Position numbers and translations under genes: made by a program. The notes below the pieces were generated by a model. The model saw only the letters and a list, made by a program, of their open reading frames with translations. It made no database searches and was not told where the DNA came from. Positions 49,261-59,582 of a DNA stretch of 64,000 nt are shown here, in pieces. This DNA comes from Candidatus Nanopelagicales bacterium (lineage in GTDB: Bacteria; Actinomycetota; Actinomycetes; S36-B12; GCA-2699445). Location of the stretch: assembly GCA_046330625.1 (NCBI GenBank), contig JAXLSJ010000005.1, positions 11,160 to 75,159 on the forward strand, written 5' to 3'. Numbering within the stretch: position 1 is the first letter of the stretch; each line of letters opens with the position of its first letter.

Positions 49261-49315
49261 CCCCCCACCATCCGGGAGCCCCCCAGACATGCAGGGGGGC
49301 CAGACATTCGGGGGG
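49261..49315 (+). promoter_or_regulatory. candidate structured leader: nested C6...C6...G6...G6 hairpin upstream of rplU
   Basis: The sequence is CCCCCC(49261-66)-12 nt-CCCCCC(49279-84)-agacatgca-GGGGGG(49294-99)-ccagacattc-GGGGGG(49310-15). The motif cagacat occurs twice. It lies 64 nt upstream of the rplU ATG. Confidence 0.3.
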
Positions 49316-49378
49316 CATGACGCCGCGCGTGGTGCCCAGGACCAGCGCTCGGCGCTCACGACACAGGAGGACAGCGGA

Positions 49379-49690
49379 ATGTACGCCATCGTCCGCGCCG
49401 GCGGCCACCAGGAGAAGGTCGCGGTCGGCGACGAGATCGACGTCAACCGGTTGGCCGACGCCCCCGGCGACACCGTGACCCTGCCTGCGGTGCTCGTGGT
49501 GTCCGACGGCGCCGTGACCAGTGATGACAAGGCACTGTCCGGGGTCACCGTCAGTGCCGAGGTCGTCGAGCACCTGCGTGGCGACAAGATCCGCATCCTG
49601 CGGTACAAGAACAAGACCGGCTACCGCCGCCGCCAGGGGCATCGCCAGGACCTGACCCGCCTGCGGGTCACCGCCATCGAAGGAGTCTGA
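49379..49690 (+). CDS. rplU: 50S ribosomal protein L21
   Basis: [18 protein letters not shown]...[15 protein letters not shown]. An AGGAGG RBS lies 8 nt upstream. Confidence 0.95.
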   Translation: MYAIVRAGGHQEKVAVGDEIDVNRLADAPGDTVTLPAVLVVSDGAVTSDDKALSGVTVSAEVVEHLRGDKIRILRYKNKTGYRRRQGHRQDLTRLRVTAIEGV

Positions 49691-49693
49691 CCC

Positions 49694-49948
49694 ATGGCCC
49701 ACAAGAAGGGCGCGGCCTCGACCAAGAACGGCCGCGACAGCAACTCCCAGCGCCTCGGCGTCAAGCGGTTCGGCGGTCAGCTGGTGAACGCCGGCGAGAT
49801 CATCGTCCGGCAGCACGGCACCCACTTCCATCCCGGCGACAATGTCGGCCGGGGCGGCGACGACACCTTGTTCGCGCTGGCCGAGGGCACGGTCGAGTTC
49901 GGCACCGCCCGCGGTCGCCGCGTGGTCAACGTCCGCCCCGTCGCCTGA
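49694..49948 (+). CDS. rpmA: 50S ribosomal protein L27
   Basis: [28 protein letters not shown]... Confidence 0.95.
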   Translation: MAHKKGAASTKNGRDSNSQRLGVKRFGGQLVNAGEIIVRQHGTHFHPGDNVGRGGDDTLFALAEGTVEFGTARGRRVVNVRPVA

Positions 49949-49962
49949 TCGGACGGCGGGCC

Positions 49963-51312
49963 ATGGCCCCGTCCTTCATCGACGTCGTCACTGTCCACGC
50001 CGTGGCCGGCGACGGCGGCAACGGTTGTGCCTCGGTCCACCGCGAGAAGTTCAAACCGCTGGGCGGTCCCGACGGGGGCAACGGTGGTCGGGGTGGCTCC
50101 GTCGTCCTGGTCGCCGATCCCACCGTGAACTCGTTGTTGGAGTTCCACCGACGCCCGCACCTCAAGGCGGGCAACGGTGGGGTGGGTCGAGGAGGGCACC
50201 GGACCGGGGCCGACGGTGGTGACGTCATCGCGCGGGTCCCCGTGGGAACCGTGGTGACGGACGGCGACGGCCACCAACTCGCCGATCTCGTGACCCCGGG
50301 CGCGGCGTGGACTCTCGCCGAGGGTGGTCGCGGGGGACTCGGGAATGCGGCCCTGGCGTCACCCCGGCGCAAGGCCCCCGGATTCGCACTCCTGGGCGAA
50401 CCGGGTGAGGCGCGCGACGTCACGCTCGAACTGAAGACCGTGGCCGATGCTGCGCTCGTGGGCTTCCCCAGCGCGGGCAAGTCCAGCCTGATCGCCGCCA
50501 TGAGTGCCGCCCGACCCAAGATCGCGAACTACCCGTTCACCACCCTGGAGCCTCATCTGGGGGTGGTCGTGAGCGGAGACACGACGTTCACGATCGCCGA
50601 TGTCCCCGGACTCATCCCCGGCGCCAGCGCAGGCAAAGGGCTGGGACTGGAGTTCCTGCGGCACATCGAACGCTGCGATGTCATCGTCCATGTGCTGGAC
50701 TGCGCCACCCTGGACCCCGGTCGCGACCCGCTGAGCGACCTGGACGTGATCGAGGCGGAGCTCGCCGAGTACGGGACCTTCGCGGATCGACCCCGCATCG
50801 TGGTGCTCAACAAGGTGGACGTCCCGCAGGCACGTGAACTGGCGGATCTGGTGACGCCCGACCTGACTCAGCGCGGCTGGCCCGTCCTCGAAGTCAGCGC
50901 GGTCACCCATGAGGGCCTGCGCGAACTGGGTTTCGCGATCGCCCGGATCCTGGCCGAGCGGCCGGACACCGAGCAACCCGCGCCCCTCGTGGTGATCACG
51001 CCGAAGGCGGTCGACGACCGCCGGTTCACCGTGCGCGCGACCGGAGTCGGATACGTCGTCCGGGGAGCGCTTCCCGAACGGTGGGTCCGGCAGACCGACT
51101 TCGCCAACGATGAAGCGGTCGGATATCTCGCCGACCGGTTGGCGCGGCTGGGCGTCGAGGAGGAACTCCTGGCCGCGGGCGCCTCGGCCGGGTGCACGGT
51201 GATCATCGGACCCGCGGAGTCCGGCGTCGTGTTCGACTGGGAGCCCACCGTCTCGGCGGGCGACCACCGGGCGGCCAGTCCCCGTGGCACCGACGAACGG
51301 TTGGGGCACTGA
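49963..51312 (+). CDS. obgE: GTPase Obg/CgtA
   Basis: It has the Gly-rich Obg fold ([12 protein letters not shown]) and G-domain motifs [13 protein letters not shown] and NKVD. Confidence 0.9.
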   Translation: MAPSFIDVVTVHAVAGDGGNGCASVHREKFKPLGGPDGGNGGRGGSVVLVADPTVNSLLEFHRRPHLKAGNGGVGRGGHRTGADGGDVIARVPVGTVVTDGDGHQLADLVTPGAAWTLAEGGRGGLGNAALASPRRKAPGFALLGEPGEARDVTLELKTVADAALVGFPSAGKSSLIAAMSAARPKIANYPFTTLEPHLGVVVSGDTTFTIADVPGLIPGASAGKGLGLEFLRHIERCDVIVHVLDCATLDPGRDPLSDLDVIEAELAEYGTFADRPRIVVLNKVDVPQARELADLVTPDLTQRGWPVLEVSAVTHEGLRELGFAIARILAERPDTEQPAPLVVITPKAVDDRRFTVRATGVGYVVRGALPERWVRQTDFANDEAVGYLADRLARLGVEEELLAAGASAGCTVIIGPAESGVVFDWEPTVSAGDHRAASPRGTDERLGH

Positions 51313-52424
51313 TGCCCCGATCCGTCGTGGGGCGGGCGGACCGGGTCGTGGTCAAGATCGGGTCGTCATCGCTGACGCTGCCCGGTGGTGAGATCGACGC
51401 CCAGCGCATCGCGGCTGTCGCGGATCTGGTCAGTGGCGCTCGCGCAGACGGGCGCCAGGTGGTCCTGGTGACCAGCGGCGCCGTCGCGGGGGCGATGGGT
51501 CCGTTGAACCTCAAGACCCGTCCCCAGGATCTGGCGACCCAGCAGGCTGCCGCGAGCGTCGGGCAGGGGGCGCTCATGGCGCTGTACGCCGAGGAGTTCC
51601 GCAGCCGGGGTCTCGTGGTCGGCCAGATCCTGCTGACCGCCCAGGACATGGTGCGACGTGCGGGGTACCGCAACGCCCAGCGCACCATGTACCGCCTGCT
51701 GGAACTGGGAGTCGTGCCGATCGTCAACGAGAACGACACGGTCGCGACCGATGAACTCCGATTCGGTGACAACGACCGGCTCGCGGCCCTGGTCGCCCAC
51801 CTCGTGCATGCCGAGGCGCTCGTGCTGCTCAGTGACGTCCCGGGTCTGTATGACGGCCCTCCGTCGCATCCTGGCTCTGCGCTGATCGGCGAGGTGACCG
51901 ATCCCGCCGACCTGTCGGACGTCGACGTGACCAGGCGCGGTTCCGGGGTGGGGTCCGGCGGCATGCGCACCAAGGTCGACGCCGCCCAGTTGGCGGCGGG
52001 TGCCGGCATCCCGGTCCTGCTGGCCGCGGCCGACGATGCGGCGGACGCGCTGGCCGGGCGCCCCGTCGGCACCCTCTTCCATCCCACCGGGAAGCGGATC
52101 CCGACCCGGCTGTTGTGGCTGGCTCACGCGGCCTCGCCGGAAGGCGCTCTGGAACTCGACCCCGGCGCCGTCACGGCTGTCGTGTCCCGGCGGAAATCGC
52201 TGCTCCCTGCCGGGATCCGGGCGGTTCGTGGCGATTTCGCCGCAGGTGACCCGGTCGACCTCTTGGACGAAAACGGGCGTGTCGTGGCACGAGGACTGGT
52301 GAACTTCGATTCGACGGAACTCCCGGGGTTGCTGGGGCGCTCGACTCGAGAACTCGCCGCTGAACTGGGTTCCGCCTACGAACGCGAGATCGTGCACCGC
52401 GACGACCTGGTGGTGCTCGGCTGA
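51312..52424 (+). CDS. proB: glutamate 5-kinase
   Basis: The ATG at 51312 overlaps the obg stop by 1 nt. It contains VVKIGSSSLT, VLVTSGAV and a C-terminal PUA domain. Confidence 0.9.
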   Translation: MPRSVVGRADRVVVKIGSSSLTLPGGEIDAQRIAAVADLVSGARADGRQVVLVTSGAVAGAMGPLNLKTRPQDLATQQAAASVGQGALMALYAEEFRSRGLVVGQILLTAQDMVRRAGYRNAQRTMYRLLELGVVPIVNENDTVATDELRFGDNDRLAALVAHLVHAEALVLLSDVPGLYDGPPSHPGSALIGEVTDPADLSDVDVTRRGSGVGSGGMRTKVDAAQLAAGAGIPVLLAAADDAADALAGRPVGTLFHPTGKRIPTRLLWLAHAASPEGALELDPGAVTAVVSRRKSLLPAGIRAVRGDFAAGDPVDLLDENGRVVARGLVNFDSTELPGLLGRSTRELAAELGSAYEREIVHRDDLVVLG

Positions 52425-52433
52425 GGAGGTGGC

Positions 52434-52805
52434 ATGGCGCAGGATGCCGCCGCCGTGCGCCTTCCCGGAGTCCTCTGGCACGTCACCGTCACGCTGCACG
52501 GTCAGCCGCAGCGACCCGACGAGTTGGCCGACGTCCTGGCCGAGTTGGCGTTCCACCACGGCTTCGACCTGTCGGTCCGCTACACCCCCGACACCGTCGA
52601 GCTGCGCTACTGGGACGAGGGGACGGACTGTCGCACGGTCGCCGCGGCGGCCCTGGACCTCTGGGACGCCCATCGGGCCGATCTGTCGCTTCCTGCCTGG
52701 CCGGTCGTGGGTGTCGAGGTGCTCGATCGGGCGGCGTTCCGTCGTCGCTGGCCCGACGGGGCGAGCAGCGAGGTGTTCACCCCCGGCGTCCGGCCGTTGC
52801 CGTGA
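52434..52805 (+). CDS. hypothetical protein
   Basis: A 123-aa ORF with GAGGAGG 5 nt upstream of the ATG and strong third-position GC bias. I recognise no family. Confidence 0.5.
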   Translation: MAQDAAAVRLPGVLWHVTVTLHGQPQRPDELADVLAELAFHHGFDLSVRYTPDTVELRYWDEGTDCRTVAAAALDLWDAHRADLSLPAWPVVGVEVLDRAAFRRRWPDGASSEVFTPGVRPLP

Positions 52806-52808
52806 TGC

Positions 52809-53815
52809 TCACCCGGCTGGTCGGGTGGTCCCACGGTCCGCGAGGTGCCAGGGGAGTTCGGCGACGCGAGTGTCCGCCCCGGCGAGGCGGCTGACGCAGA
52901 GGTCGGCGATGGCCGCTCCGCTCGCGGTGCCCTCCAGGTCGATCGCCGACAACGCCGGCCGGAACAGCACCTCCATCAGTCCCGTTCCGATCCCGAGGAC
53001 CTGGACGTCGTCGGGGCAGCGGCGGCCGGCCCGCGCGATCCCGTCGAGGACCGCCTGCTGTTGTGCGCTGACCGCATAGATGGCGTCGACCCCTTCTGCC
53101 ACAGCGGCAGCAACGCTCGCCGCCGCTACGTCCGCGTCGCCCGGAGTCTGGATCACCGGGTTCTGTCCGGCCGACTCGCACCATCGTCGATAGCCCACCA
53201 CGGCCCCCACACTGATGGTGTCCTGGGTCGACAACGGCACCAGCGCACACCGCTTCGCGCCCCGCGGACCAGGCGCTCGCATGCCGTCACCGCCAGGACC
53301 GCATGGTCGTGGCCCATCACGCCGGCAGCCTCTGCGGAATCGCTGCGGCCTCGCTCCATGATCACCGGGACGTGTGAGAGTTCCGAGGGCAGCTCCAGCG
53401 GAGCGTCCAGGATGGAGAGCAGGACGAGCAGATCCGCGGCCACAGTCGTGAGTGAACGAAGGCTGTCGGTCGTGGTGTGGACGACCGAGATGCCGCTGCC
53501 CGACAGGGTCGTCGTCAGTGACTGGCCGAGGAAGAACCAGAACGCCTGGGCGAAGGGGCTGATCCCGGTGAAGGACTGCTGATCGTTGACGACCACGACG
53601 ATGGGAGCCCGCTCGCTGACCGGGGGTGGCAATCGGGGGGCCGTGGCGGCTCGGTATCCCAGTTCCGTCGCGGCCGCTCGGACCAGCAAGACGGTCTGCG
53701 GGTGGATGCTGGGGTCGCCGCGCAGGGCCCGGGAGGCGGTGGAGTGGTGCACACTCGCAGCTCGCGCCACATCGGCGATCGTGACCCGGCGCTGGGGGTC
53801 GGACGTGCTGGCCAT
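52809..53815 (-). pseudogene. LacI-family transcriptional regulator, frameshifted
   Basis: The ATG at 53815 follows GGAGG. It has the HTH VTIADVARAASVHHSTASRAL and a periplasmic-binding-fold body. The frame breaks near the G4 run (plus-strand C4 at 53260-53263). The N-terminal part continues in the track ORF 53153-55153 frame and the C-terminal part in the track ORF 52809-53282. One extra G would restore ...ERLVRGGAKRCALVPLS.... Confidence 0.7.
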
Positions 53816-53887
53816 GAGGCCTCCAGTGTGCCCGCGGTCGAGGTCGGACGCCCGGGTACCCCTGAAGTCGCGGTCTAGGCTGGGCTC

Positions 53888-55150
53888 ATGACCGACACGT
53901 TCTCCACTGTCGCGGCGCGATCGCGTGAGGCCGCCGTGGTGCTGCGAGCCCTCACCACCGCGGACAAGGACCGGGGCCTGGCGTCGATCGCCACGCACCT
54001 GGACAAGGACCGGGCCACCATCGTCGCCGCGAACGCCGAGGACGTGGCCGCTGCCCGGGCGGCGGGCACTCCGGCGGGGCTGCTCGATCGCCTCACGCTC
54101 TCCGACGATCGGCTGACGGCGATCATCGACGCCATCGGTACGGTGATCGAGCTGCCCGACCCGGTGGGACAGGTGGTGCGGGGGTACTCGCTGCCCAACG
54201 GTCTGGCGGTATCGCAGGTCCGGGTTCCGATGGGGGTCGTGGGAATGATCTACGAGGCCCGACCCAATGTCACCGTCGACGCCGCGGCGCTCTGCCTCAA
54301 GAGCGGCAACGCCGTCCTGTTGCGCGGATCGTCGTCCGCGGCGCGCACCAACGCCGCCCTCATCGCCACCATGCGGGGTGCCCTGGCGTCCGAGGACCTG
54401 CCCGCCGATGCGATCCAGGCCGTTCCCGGCTCCGGCCATGGCACCGTCGACGATCTCATCACCGCCCGTGGGCTGGTGGATGTGGTCATCCCCCGCGGGG
54501 GGGCCGACCTGATCGATCGGGTCGTCGACGGGGCCACCGTCCCGGTGATCGAGACAGGGGTGGGCAACTGCCACGTCTACGTCGACCGGGCCGCCGATCC
54601 GGCGAAGGCCGAGGCCATCGTGGTGAACGCCAAGACGCAGCGTCCCAGCGTGTGCAACGCCGCCGAGACACTGCTGGTGCACCGCGACCTGGCCGACACC
54701 CTGCTGGTGCGCCTGGGCAGGGCGTTGACCGAGGCCGGGGTCACGCTCCACGCGGACCCCGACGCCGCCACTGCCCTCCGACAGGGCGGGGTTGACTCGG
54801 TGCCCGTCACCGACGCCGACTGGGCGGCCGAGTACTACTCGCTCGACCTCGCCGTCGGGGTGGTCGACGACACCGCCGCAGCAGCCGCCCACATCCGACG
54901 ATGGAGCAGTGGTCATACCGAGGCGATCGTGTCCGACTCCGCATCGACGATCCAGGAATTCGTGGCCGGTGTGGACTCCGCGGCGATTGCCATCAACGCG
55001 TCCACCCGGTTCACCGACGGGGGCGAGTTGGGGTTCGGGGCCGAGATCGGCATCTCCACCCAGAAGTTGCATGCCCGCGGACCGATGGCCCTGCCGGAAC
55101 TGACGACCACCACCTTCCTCATCACCGGCGACGGCCAGATCCGCTCCTGA
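53888..55150 (+). CDS. proA: glutamate-5-semialdehyde dehydrogenase
   Basis: A 420-aa ORF with ProA-like sequence, including the catalytic Cys region [12 protein letters not shown]. Confidence 0.9.
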   Translation: MTDTFSTVAARSREAAVVLRALTTADKDRGLASIATHLDKDRATIVAANAEDVAAARAAGTPAGLLDRLTLSDDRLTAIIDAIGTVIELPDPVGQVVRGYSLPNGLAVSQVRVPMGVVGMIYEARPNVTVDAAALCLKSGNAVLLRGSSSAARTNAALIATMRGALASEDLPADAIQAVPGSGHGTVDDLITARGLVDVVIPRGGADLIDRVVDGATVPVIETGVGNCHVYVDRAADPAKAEAIVVNAKTQRPSVCNAAETLLVHRDLADTLLVRLGRALTEAGVTLHADPDAATALRQGGVDSVPVTDADWAAEYYSLDLAVGVVDDTAAAAAHIRRWSSGHTEAIVSDSASTIQEFVAGVDSAAIAINASTRFTDGGELGFGAEIGISTQKLHARGPMALPELTTTTFLITGDGQIRS

Positions 55151-55229
55151 CACTCGCGGCCTCGGCCTGCTGCGCGACCGGGGGCCTCGGTGACGCTAGG
55201 CTGCACTCGTCCCGAGCGGAGGATTGTTC

Positions 55230-55400
55230 ATGAACGTCATGGCGCTGGCCACGTTGCTGGAGACGAGCCCCGACCAGGGGTCGGACGTCGTCGAGGCGGA
55301 ATCGGTCGTCCCCCACGCCCCGTGGGTCTACGGCCTCACCGCGCTGGTCATCCTCCTGGCCCTGCTGCTCATCGTCACGCGGCTCGACCTGGACCGCTGA
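55230..55400 (+). CDS. hypothetical 56-aa membrane protein (below the ORF-track size cutoff)
   Basis: The ATG at 55230 has GGAGGA 7 nt upstream. The product is [56 protein letters not shown]. Nearly every codon ends in G/C, and there is one C-terminal TM helix. Confidence 0.5.
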   Translation: MNVMALATLLETSPDQGSDVVEAESVVPHAPWVYGLTALVILLALLLIVTRLDLDR

Positions 55401-55407
55401 CGGTCCG

Positions 55408-56013
55408 ATGAACCCTCCCGTCGGGGTCATGGGGGGGACCTTCGACCCGATCCATCTCGGCCACCTCGTGGCGGCCAGCGAGGTCGCCCATCGCTTCGGG
55501 CTGGACCGCGTGCTGTTCGTCCCGACCGGCCGACCGTGGCAGAAGTCCGACCGGACCATCTCGCCGGGCGAGGACCGGCACGCCATGGCGATCATCGCGA
55601 CCGCCGCCGACGATCGGTTCGGGGTGAGTCGGGTCGACCTCGACCGGCCCGGCCCCACCTACACCGTCGACACCTTGCGCGATCTGCGGGAGCAGTTCGG
55701 CCCTGACACCCCCCTGTGCTTCATCACCGGCGCCGATGCGCTCGCGCAGATTCTGACCTGGCGCGATCCCCAGGAGGTGCTGCGCCTCGCGCATCTGGTC
55801 GGGGTGACCCGTCCGGGTCACCGGCTGGCGCCGCCGGAGACGCCGGACGCATCGGTTAGTCTGATCGAGATCCCGGCGCTGGCGATCTCCAGCTCCGACA
55901 TCCGACAGCGCGTCGCTGCCGGTCGACCGATCCGGTACCTGGTGCCCGATGGGGTGGATCACTACATCGCCAAGACGGCGCTTTACCGAGGACAGGACCG
56001 GGATCCGGGGTGA
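55408..56013 (+). CDS. nadD: nicotinate-nucleotide adenylyltransferase
   Basis: It has the [11 protein letters not shown] motif and ISSSDIR near the C-terminus. Confidence 0.9.
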   Translation: MNPPVGVMGGTFDPIHLGHLVAASEVAHRFGLDRVLFVPTGRPWQKSDRTISPGEDRHAMAIIATAADDRFGVSRVDLDRPGPTYTVDTLRDLREQFGPDTPLCFITGADALAQILTWRDPQEVLRLAHLVGVTRPGHRLAPPETPDASVSLIEIPALAISSSDIRQRVAAGRPIRYLVPDGVDHYIAKTALYRGQDRDPG

Positions 56014-57260
56014 CCGAAGCCGAGGAGCAGGCGGAACAGCACCGCCTGCGGCGCACGACGCGCCATCTCGTGCTCAGCCTCGTGGCCGTCGCGATCTTCG
56101 CCCTCGCCTTCGCCTCGTTGTACTGGTGGAACTCCCATACCACCCCTCCGCCCCCACCGGGCCCCAGCCCGACGGCGCCGTCACCGTCGGCCACGCTCCC
56201 GCCGAATCAGGAGACACTGCTCATCCAGGCGACGACGCCGGAAGGTGCCGAGGGCAACCTGGTGACCGCCGTGCCGGCCGACACGTCGTCGGCGACGCTG
56301 CTTCCCCTGTCGGCCGACCTGATGGTCTCCGCCGGAACGCTCCCGCCCGAACCCCTGCGCATGAGTGTCGCGTCGCTCGACAGTCAGCGTCCCGCCGCGG
56401 TGGTGTCCGCCACGACCGGGGTGCGTATCGACGCCTCCTGGCGGATGGACCGCAAGGCTCTGGCCGGGCTCGTGGACTCGGTGGGGGGAGTGCCGGTGAC
56501 GATCACCCGGCGCACGCGATTCCTCGATGATCAGGGTCTGGTCGCGCTCACCCTCAGGCCCGGTCGCCAGCGACTGTCGGGGTTCGCCGCGTCCTGGTAC
56601 GCCGTCGGTGACGTGCCCCGTGAGACCACGACGCAGTCGACCGCGCGGTTCACGCAGGTCATGACGCGTACCCTGCGTCGGCTGCCGGACTCCGATGTCG
56701 AGATCCGGGAGTCCCTCACCGCGCTCGGCGCGCTGGCGCCCTCGACGATCGGCGCCCAGGAACTCGCCACCTATCTGCTCGACCTCTCGCGCGAACTGCG
56801 TACCGGCGCGACGCGCACCGTGCTGCTCCCGGTGACCGAGGTGCCGCTGCGCGACGAGACCCCTGCCTGGCTGGAGTACGAGGGAGCCACCCCGCTGGTG
56901 CGCGATGCCGTGCCCTACGCGCTGTGGCAGGCCGGGGTCGACGGTCCGCCCCGAGTGCTGGTGATGGCGCCGGACGGTGATCCCGGAACCCTGGGATACG
57001 CGCGAGACCTGATCGCCTCGGCCGGTTTGACGTTCGTGGACGGCCGCGGCACGGCCGCGGTGGCCGAGCGCCGGACCACGGTGCAGTCGCGCGGGGACCG
57101 GGAACTCGCCCGGCAGGTGTCGGCAGCGCTGGGGGTCGACTCCCCACGGATCACGGTGGCTCCCGCCGTCCCCGTGACCGGGGTTCCCTGGGCCGATGTC
57201 GATGTGGTGCTGGGCCGTTCCTACGTCCCGGGGGCGGCCGCCGGGCGTGTCCTACCCTGA
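56010..57260 (+). CDS. membrane-anchored protein with LytR_C-like C-terminal domain
   Basis: The GTG start overlaps the nadD stop. It has an N-terminal TM helix, a Pro-rich linker and a degenerate LCP-like region. It occupies the conserved position between nadD and rsfS. Confidence 0.6.
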   Translation: MTEAEEQAEQHRLRRTTRHLVLSLVAVAIFALAFASLYWWNSHTTPPPPPGPSPTAPSPSATLPPNQETLLIQATTPEGAEGNLVTAVPADTSSATLLPLSADLMVSAGTLPPEPLRMSVASLDSQRPAAVVSATTGVRIDASWRMDRKALAGLVDSVGGVPVTITRRTRFLDDQGLVALTLRPGRQRLSGFAASWYAVGDVPRETTTQSTARFTQVMTRTLRRLPDSDVEIRESLTALGALAPSTIGAQELATYLLDLSRELRTGATRTVLLPVTEVPLRDETPAWLEYEGATPLVRDAVPYALWQAGVDGPPRVLVMAPDGDPGTLGYARDLIASAGLTFVDGRGTAAVAERRTTVQSRGDRELARQVSAALGVDSPRITVAPAVPVTGVPWADVDVVLGRSYVPGAAAGRVLP

Positions 57261-57633
57261 GGTCAGGACCGCCACGTCCGACGCCACTGCCTGGGCGCGT
57301 GTGGCAGCCGCTGCAGCCGCGGACAAGAAGGCGACCGACATCGTCGCCTTCGACGTCAGCGACGTCCTGTACATCACCGACGTGTTCCTCATCTGCTCGG
57401 GCAGCAACAGCCGCCAGGTGGCGGCGATCGTCGACGAGGTGGAGACCCGCGTCAAGCAGGCCGGTGCCCCGGCCGCCCACAAGGAGGGAGAACACGAGGG
57501 CCGCTGGGTGCTGATCGATTTCGGCGACCTCGTGGTCCACGTGCAACTCGAGGAGGAACGGGTCAACTACGGCCTCGAGCGGTTGTGGCACGACCGGCCG
57601 CAGGTGGCGCTGGACCCGGAACCCGTGTCGTGA
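57247..57633 (+). CDS. rsfS: ribosome silencing factor RsfS
   Basis: RsfS/iojap-like (KKATDIVAFDVSDVLYITDVFLICSGSNSRQV...WVLIDFGDLVVHV). The start is uncertain. GTG at 57247 is chosen to limit overlap with the upstream gene. Confidence 0.85.
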   Translation: MSYPEVRTATSDATAWARVAAAAAADKKATDIVAFDVSDVLYITDVFLICSGSNSRQVAAIVDEVETRVKQAGAPAAHKEGEHEGRWVLIDFGDLVVHVQLEEERVNYGLERLWHDRPQVALDPEPVS

Positions 57634-58286
57634 CCCGGCGCGCCGTGCTGTGGCGCCACGGTCGCACTGCGTGGAACCGGGCGCAGCGGTTCCAGGGCCA
57701 CAGCGATGTGCCGCTCGACGAGGTCGGCTTGCAGCAGGCGGCCGGCGCGGCGGCCGTGATCGCGGATTTCGCCCCGCAGGCCATCGTGTCCAGCGACCTG
57801 ATGCGCGCCACCCAGACCGCGGCGGCGCTGGCGGCGGTGACGGGTCAGGCGGTGCGTGCCGACGTCGATCTGCGTGAAGCCCACGCCGGTCGGTGGCAGG
57901 GTCTCACCCACGCTCAGATCACCGCCGACGACGGGGCGGCACTGGCCGCCTGGCGCGACGATCCCGAGGTCCGCCCCGGGGGCACCGGCGAGACCCGGGC
58001 CGAGGTCGCCGCCCGGGTCACCCGCTGTCTGGAGGCCACCATGGCCGCCGCCCCCGAGGACAGCACGGTCGTGTTCGTGACCCACGGGGGCGCCGCCCGC
58101 GCAGCCGTCGGTCATCTGCTGGGGATGCCCCCGGCGGGCTGGCAGAACCTGGCGGTCCTCGGCAATTGTGGCTGGGCGGTGCTCCACCTCGACCACGGCA
58201 GTTGGCGGCTCGAGCGCTACAACCAGACCGTCATGACACCCGGCGCGGCGGCAACCTCGGGCGTACCGCGGGAGAGTATCGTCTGA
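57630..58286 (+). CDS. histidine phosphatase family protein (phosphoglycerate-mutase-like)
   Basis: The GTG at 57630 overlaps the rsfS stop. It has the RHG motif (LWRHGRTAWN) and a later THGG histidine. Confidence 0.8.
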   Translation: MTRRAVLWRHGRTAWNRAQRFQGHSDVPLDEVGLQQAAGAAAVIADFAPQAIVSSDLMRATQTAAALAAVTGQAVRADVDLREAHAGRWQGLTHAQITADDGAALAAWRDDPEVRPGGTGETRAEVAARVTRCLEATMAAAPEDSTVVFVTHGGAARAAVGHLLGMPPAGWQNLAVLGNCGWAVLHLDHGSWRLERYNQTVMTPGAAATSGVPRESIV

Positions 58287-58336
58287 CCAGGTCGGTCCGG
58301 AGCAGGTCGGGAAGGGGCTATCCTTGTCGGAGCACT

Positions 58337-58412
58337 GGGGCTGTGGCGCAGCTGGTAGCGCACTTGCATGGCATGCAAGGGGTCAGGGGTTCGAGTCCCC
58401 TCAGCTCCACCA
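58337..58412 (+). tRNA. tRNA-Ala (anticodon GGC)
   Basis: A hand-folded 76-nt cloverleaf with the G3:U70 identity pair, anticodon loop ATGGCAT and an encoded CCA. Confidence 0.9.
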
Positions 58413-58433
58413 GAGCGAAACGTCGGTCTGACG

Positions 58434-59582
58434 ATGACCGCAGCCGACGTCGAGCACTCCGAGACTCCCGCCTCCCGTAAGGGATCCTTCCGGCTGCGGG
58501 TGCCCGGATTCACGAACCCACCCAGCCCACATGGGACCCCGAGCATCCCGCCGGACGAGTTGAATGCCCGGCGCGACGAGATCTCCGGAGCCGCCCTGCC
58601 GCTGGTCTCGGCGGCACTGGGGATCATGCTCCTGCTGAGTTCCTTCTTCCGGATCCAGCCGGCGGACTCGGCCCCGGGGATGGCCGGCGCCGGGGTCTGC
58701 GGCGTCGTCGGGATCGCCCTGGTGATCGTGGCGATCGTCACGTCGCGCCGTCCCCGGACGGGATCCACCGCTGCCGCGGCGCTGGCGGTCCTGCTGGTGA
58801 CCACCATCGCCCTCTGCCTGGCGATGCTGGCGTCGGGAACCCTCGCGCAGACCGCCTACATCCAGTTGCTGGTGGTGGTGGCGGGGCCGGTCATGCTGCG
58901 GCCCGGATGGTTCGCGATCACGCTCGTGGCCATCTGGTCGCTGTGGCTCGGTTCCGTGGCGGCCCTGAGTGGCACCACCGATCCGTCCGGGTGGCTGTTG
59001 GCCATGCTGGCCGCCACGTTGGTGAGCGTGGTGCTTCACACGATGCGCACCGATTCGCTGCGGGCGCTGGGCAACGCGTTGCTGGCGGCTGAAGCCGCAG
59101 CCGTGCGCGACCCCCTCACCGGGCTGCTCAACCGTCGCGGCCTCGATGTCGTCGGGGCCGAGGTCCTGGCCCTGGCCAAGCGCTCCCGCGAACCGCTGTC
59201 CTGCACGTTCGTGGACATCGATGGGCTGAAGCAGGTCAATGACCGCCACGGGCACGACGCGGGCGACCAGGTCATCACCGCTGTCTCCGAGGCGCTTCTC
59301 GGAGTCTTCCGCGAGGCGGACGTGGTCGCCCGCTGGGGAGGCGACGAGTTCGTGATCATCGGACTCGGGGCCGGCCCCCGGGTCGAGGACGTCGAACGGC
59401 GCCTCGCCGAACGGCTGGCCTACGGCTACGGCGACGACGGGGTGAGCCTGTCCGCGGGCCGGGTGGTCCACATGCCCTGGCAGGACGAAGGACTGCTCGA
59501 CCTCACCGAACGAGCGGATCAGGAGATGTACCGCCGCCGTCGGCTCCGCCGCATGCAGGAGCACGACTCGGAGACCGGATGA
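58434..59582 (+). CDS. membrane-bound diguanylate cyclase (GGDEF domain)
   Basis: The ATG is at 58434. About 6 TM helices are followed by a GGDEF domain (DPLTGLLNRRG...RWGGDEFVI). An RxxD I-site (READ) lies 5 residues upstream of GGDEF. Confidence 0.85.
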   Translation: MTAADVEHSETPASRKGSFRLRVPGFTNPPSPHGTPSIPPDELNARRDEISGAALPLVSAALGIMLLLSSFFRIQPADSAPGMAGAGVCGVVGIALVIVAIVTSRRPRTGSTAAAALAVLLVTTIALCLAMLASGTLAQTAYIQLLVVVAGPVMLRPGWFAITLVAIWSLWLGSVAALSGTTDPSGWLLAMLAATLVSVVLHTMRTDSLRALGNALLAAEAAAVRDPLTGLLNRRGLDVVGAEVLALAKRSREPLSCTFVDIDGLKQVNDRHGHDAGDQVITAVSEALLGVFREADVVARWGGDEFVIIGLGAGPRVEDVERRLAERLAYGYGDDGVSLSAGRVVHMPWQDEGLLDLTERADQEMYRRRRLRRMQEHDSETG

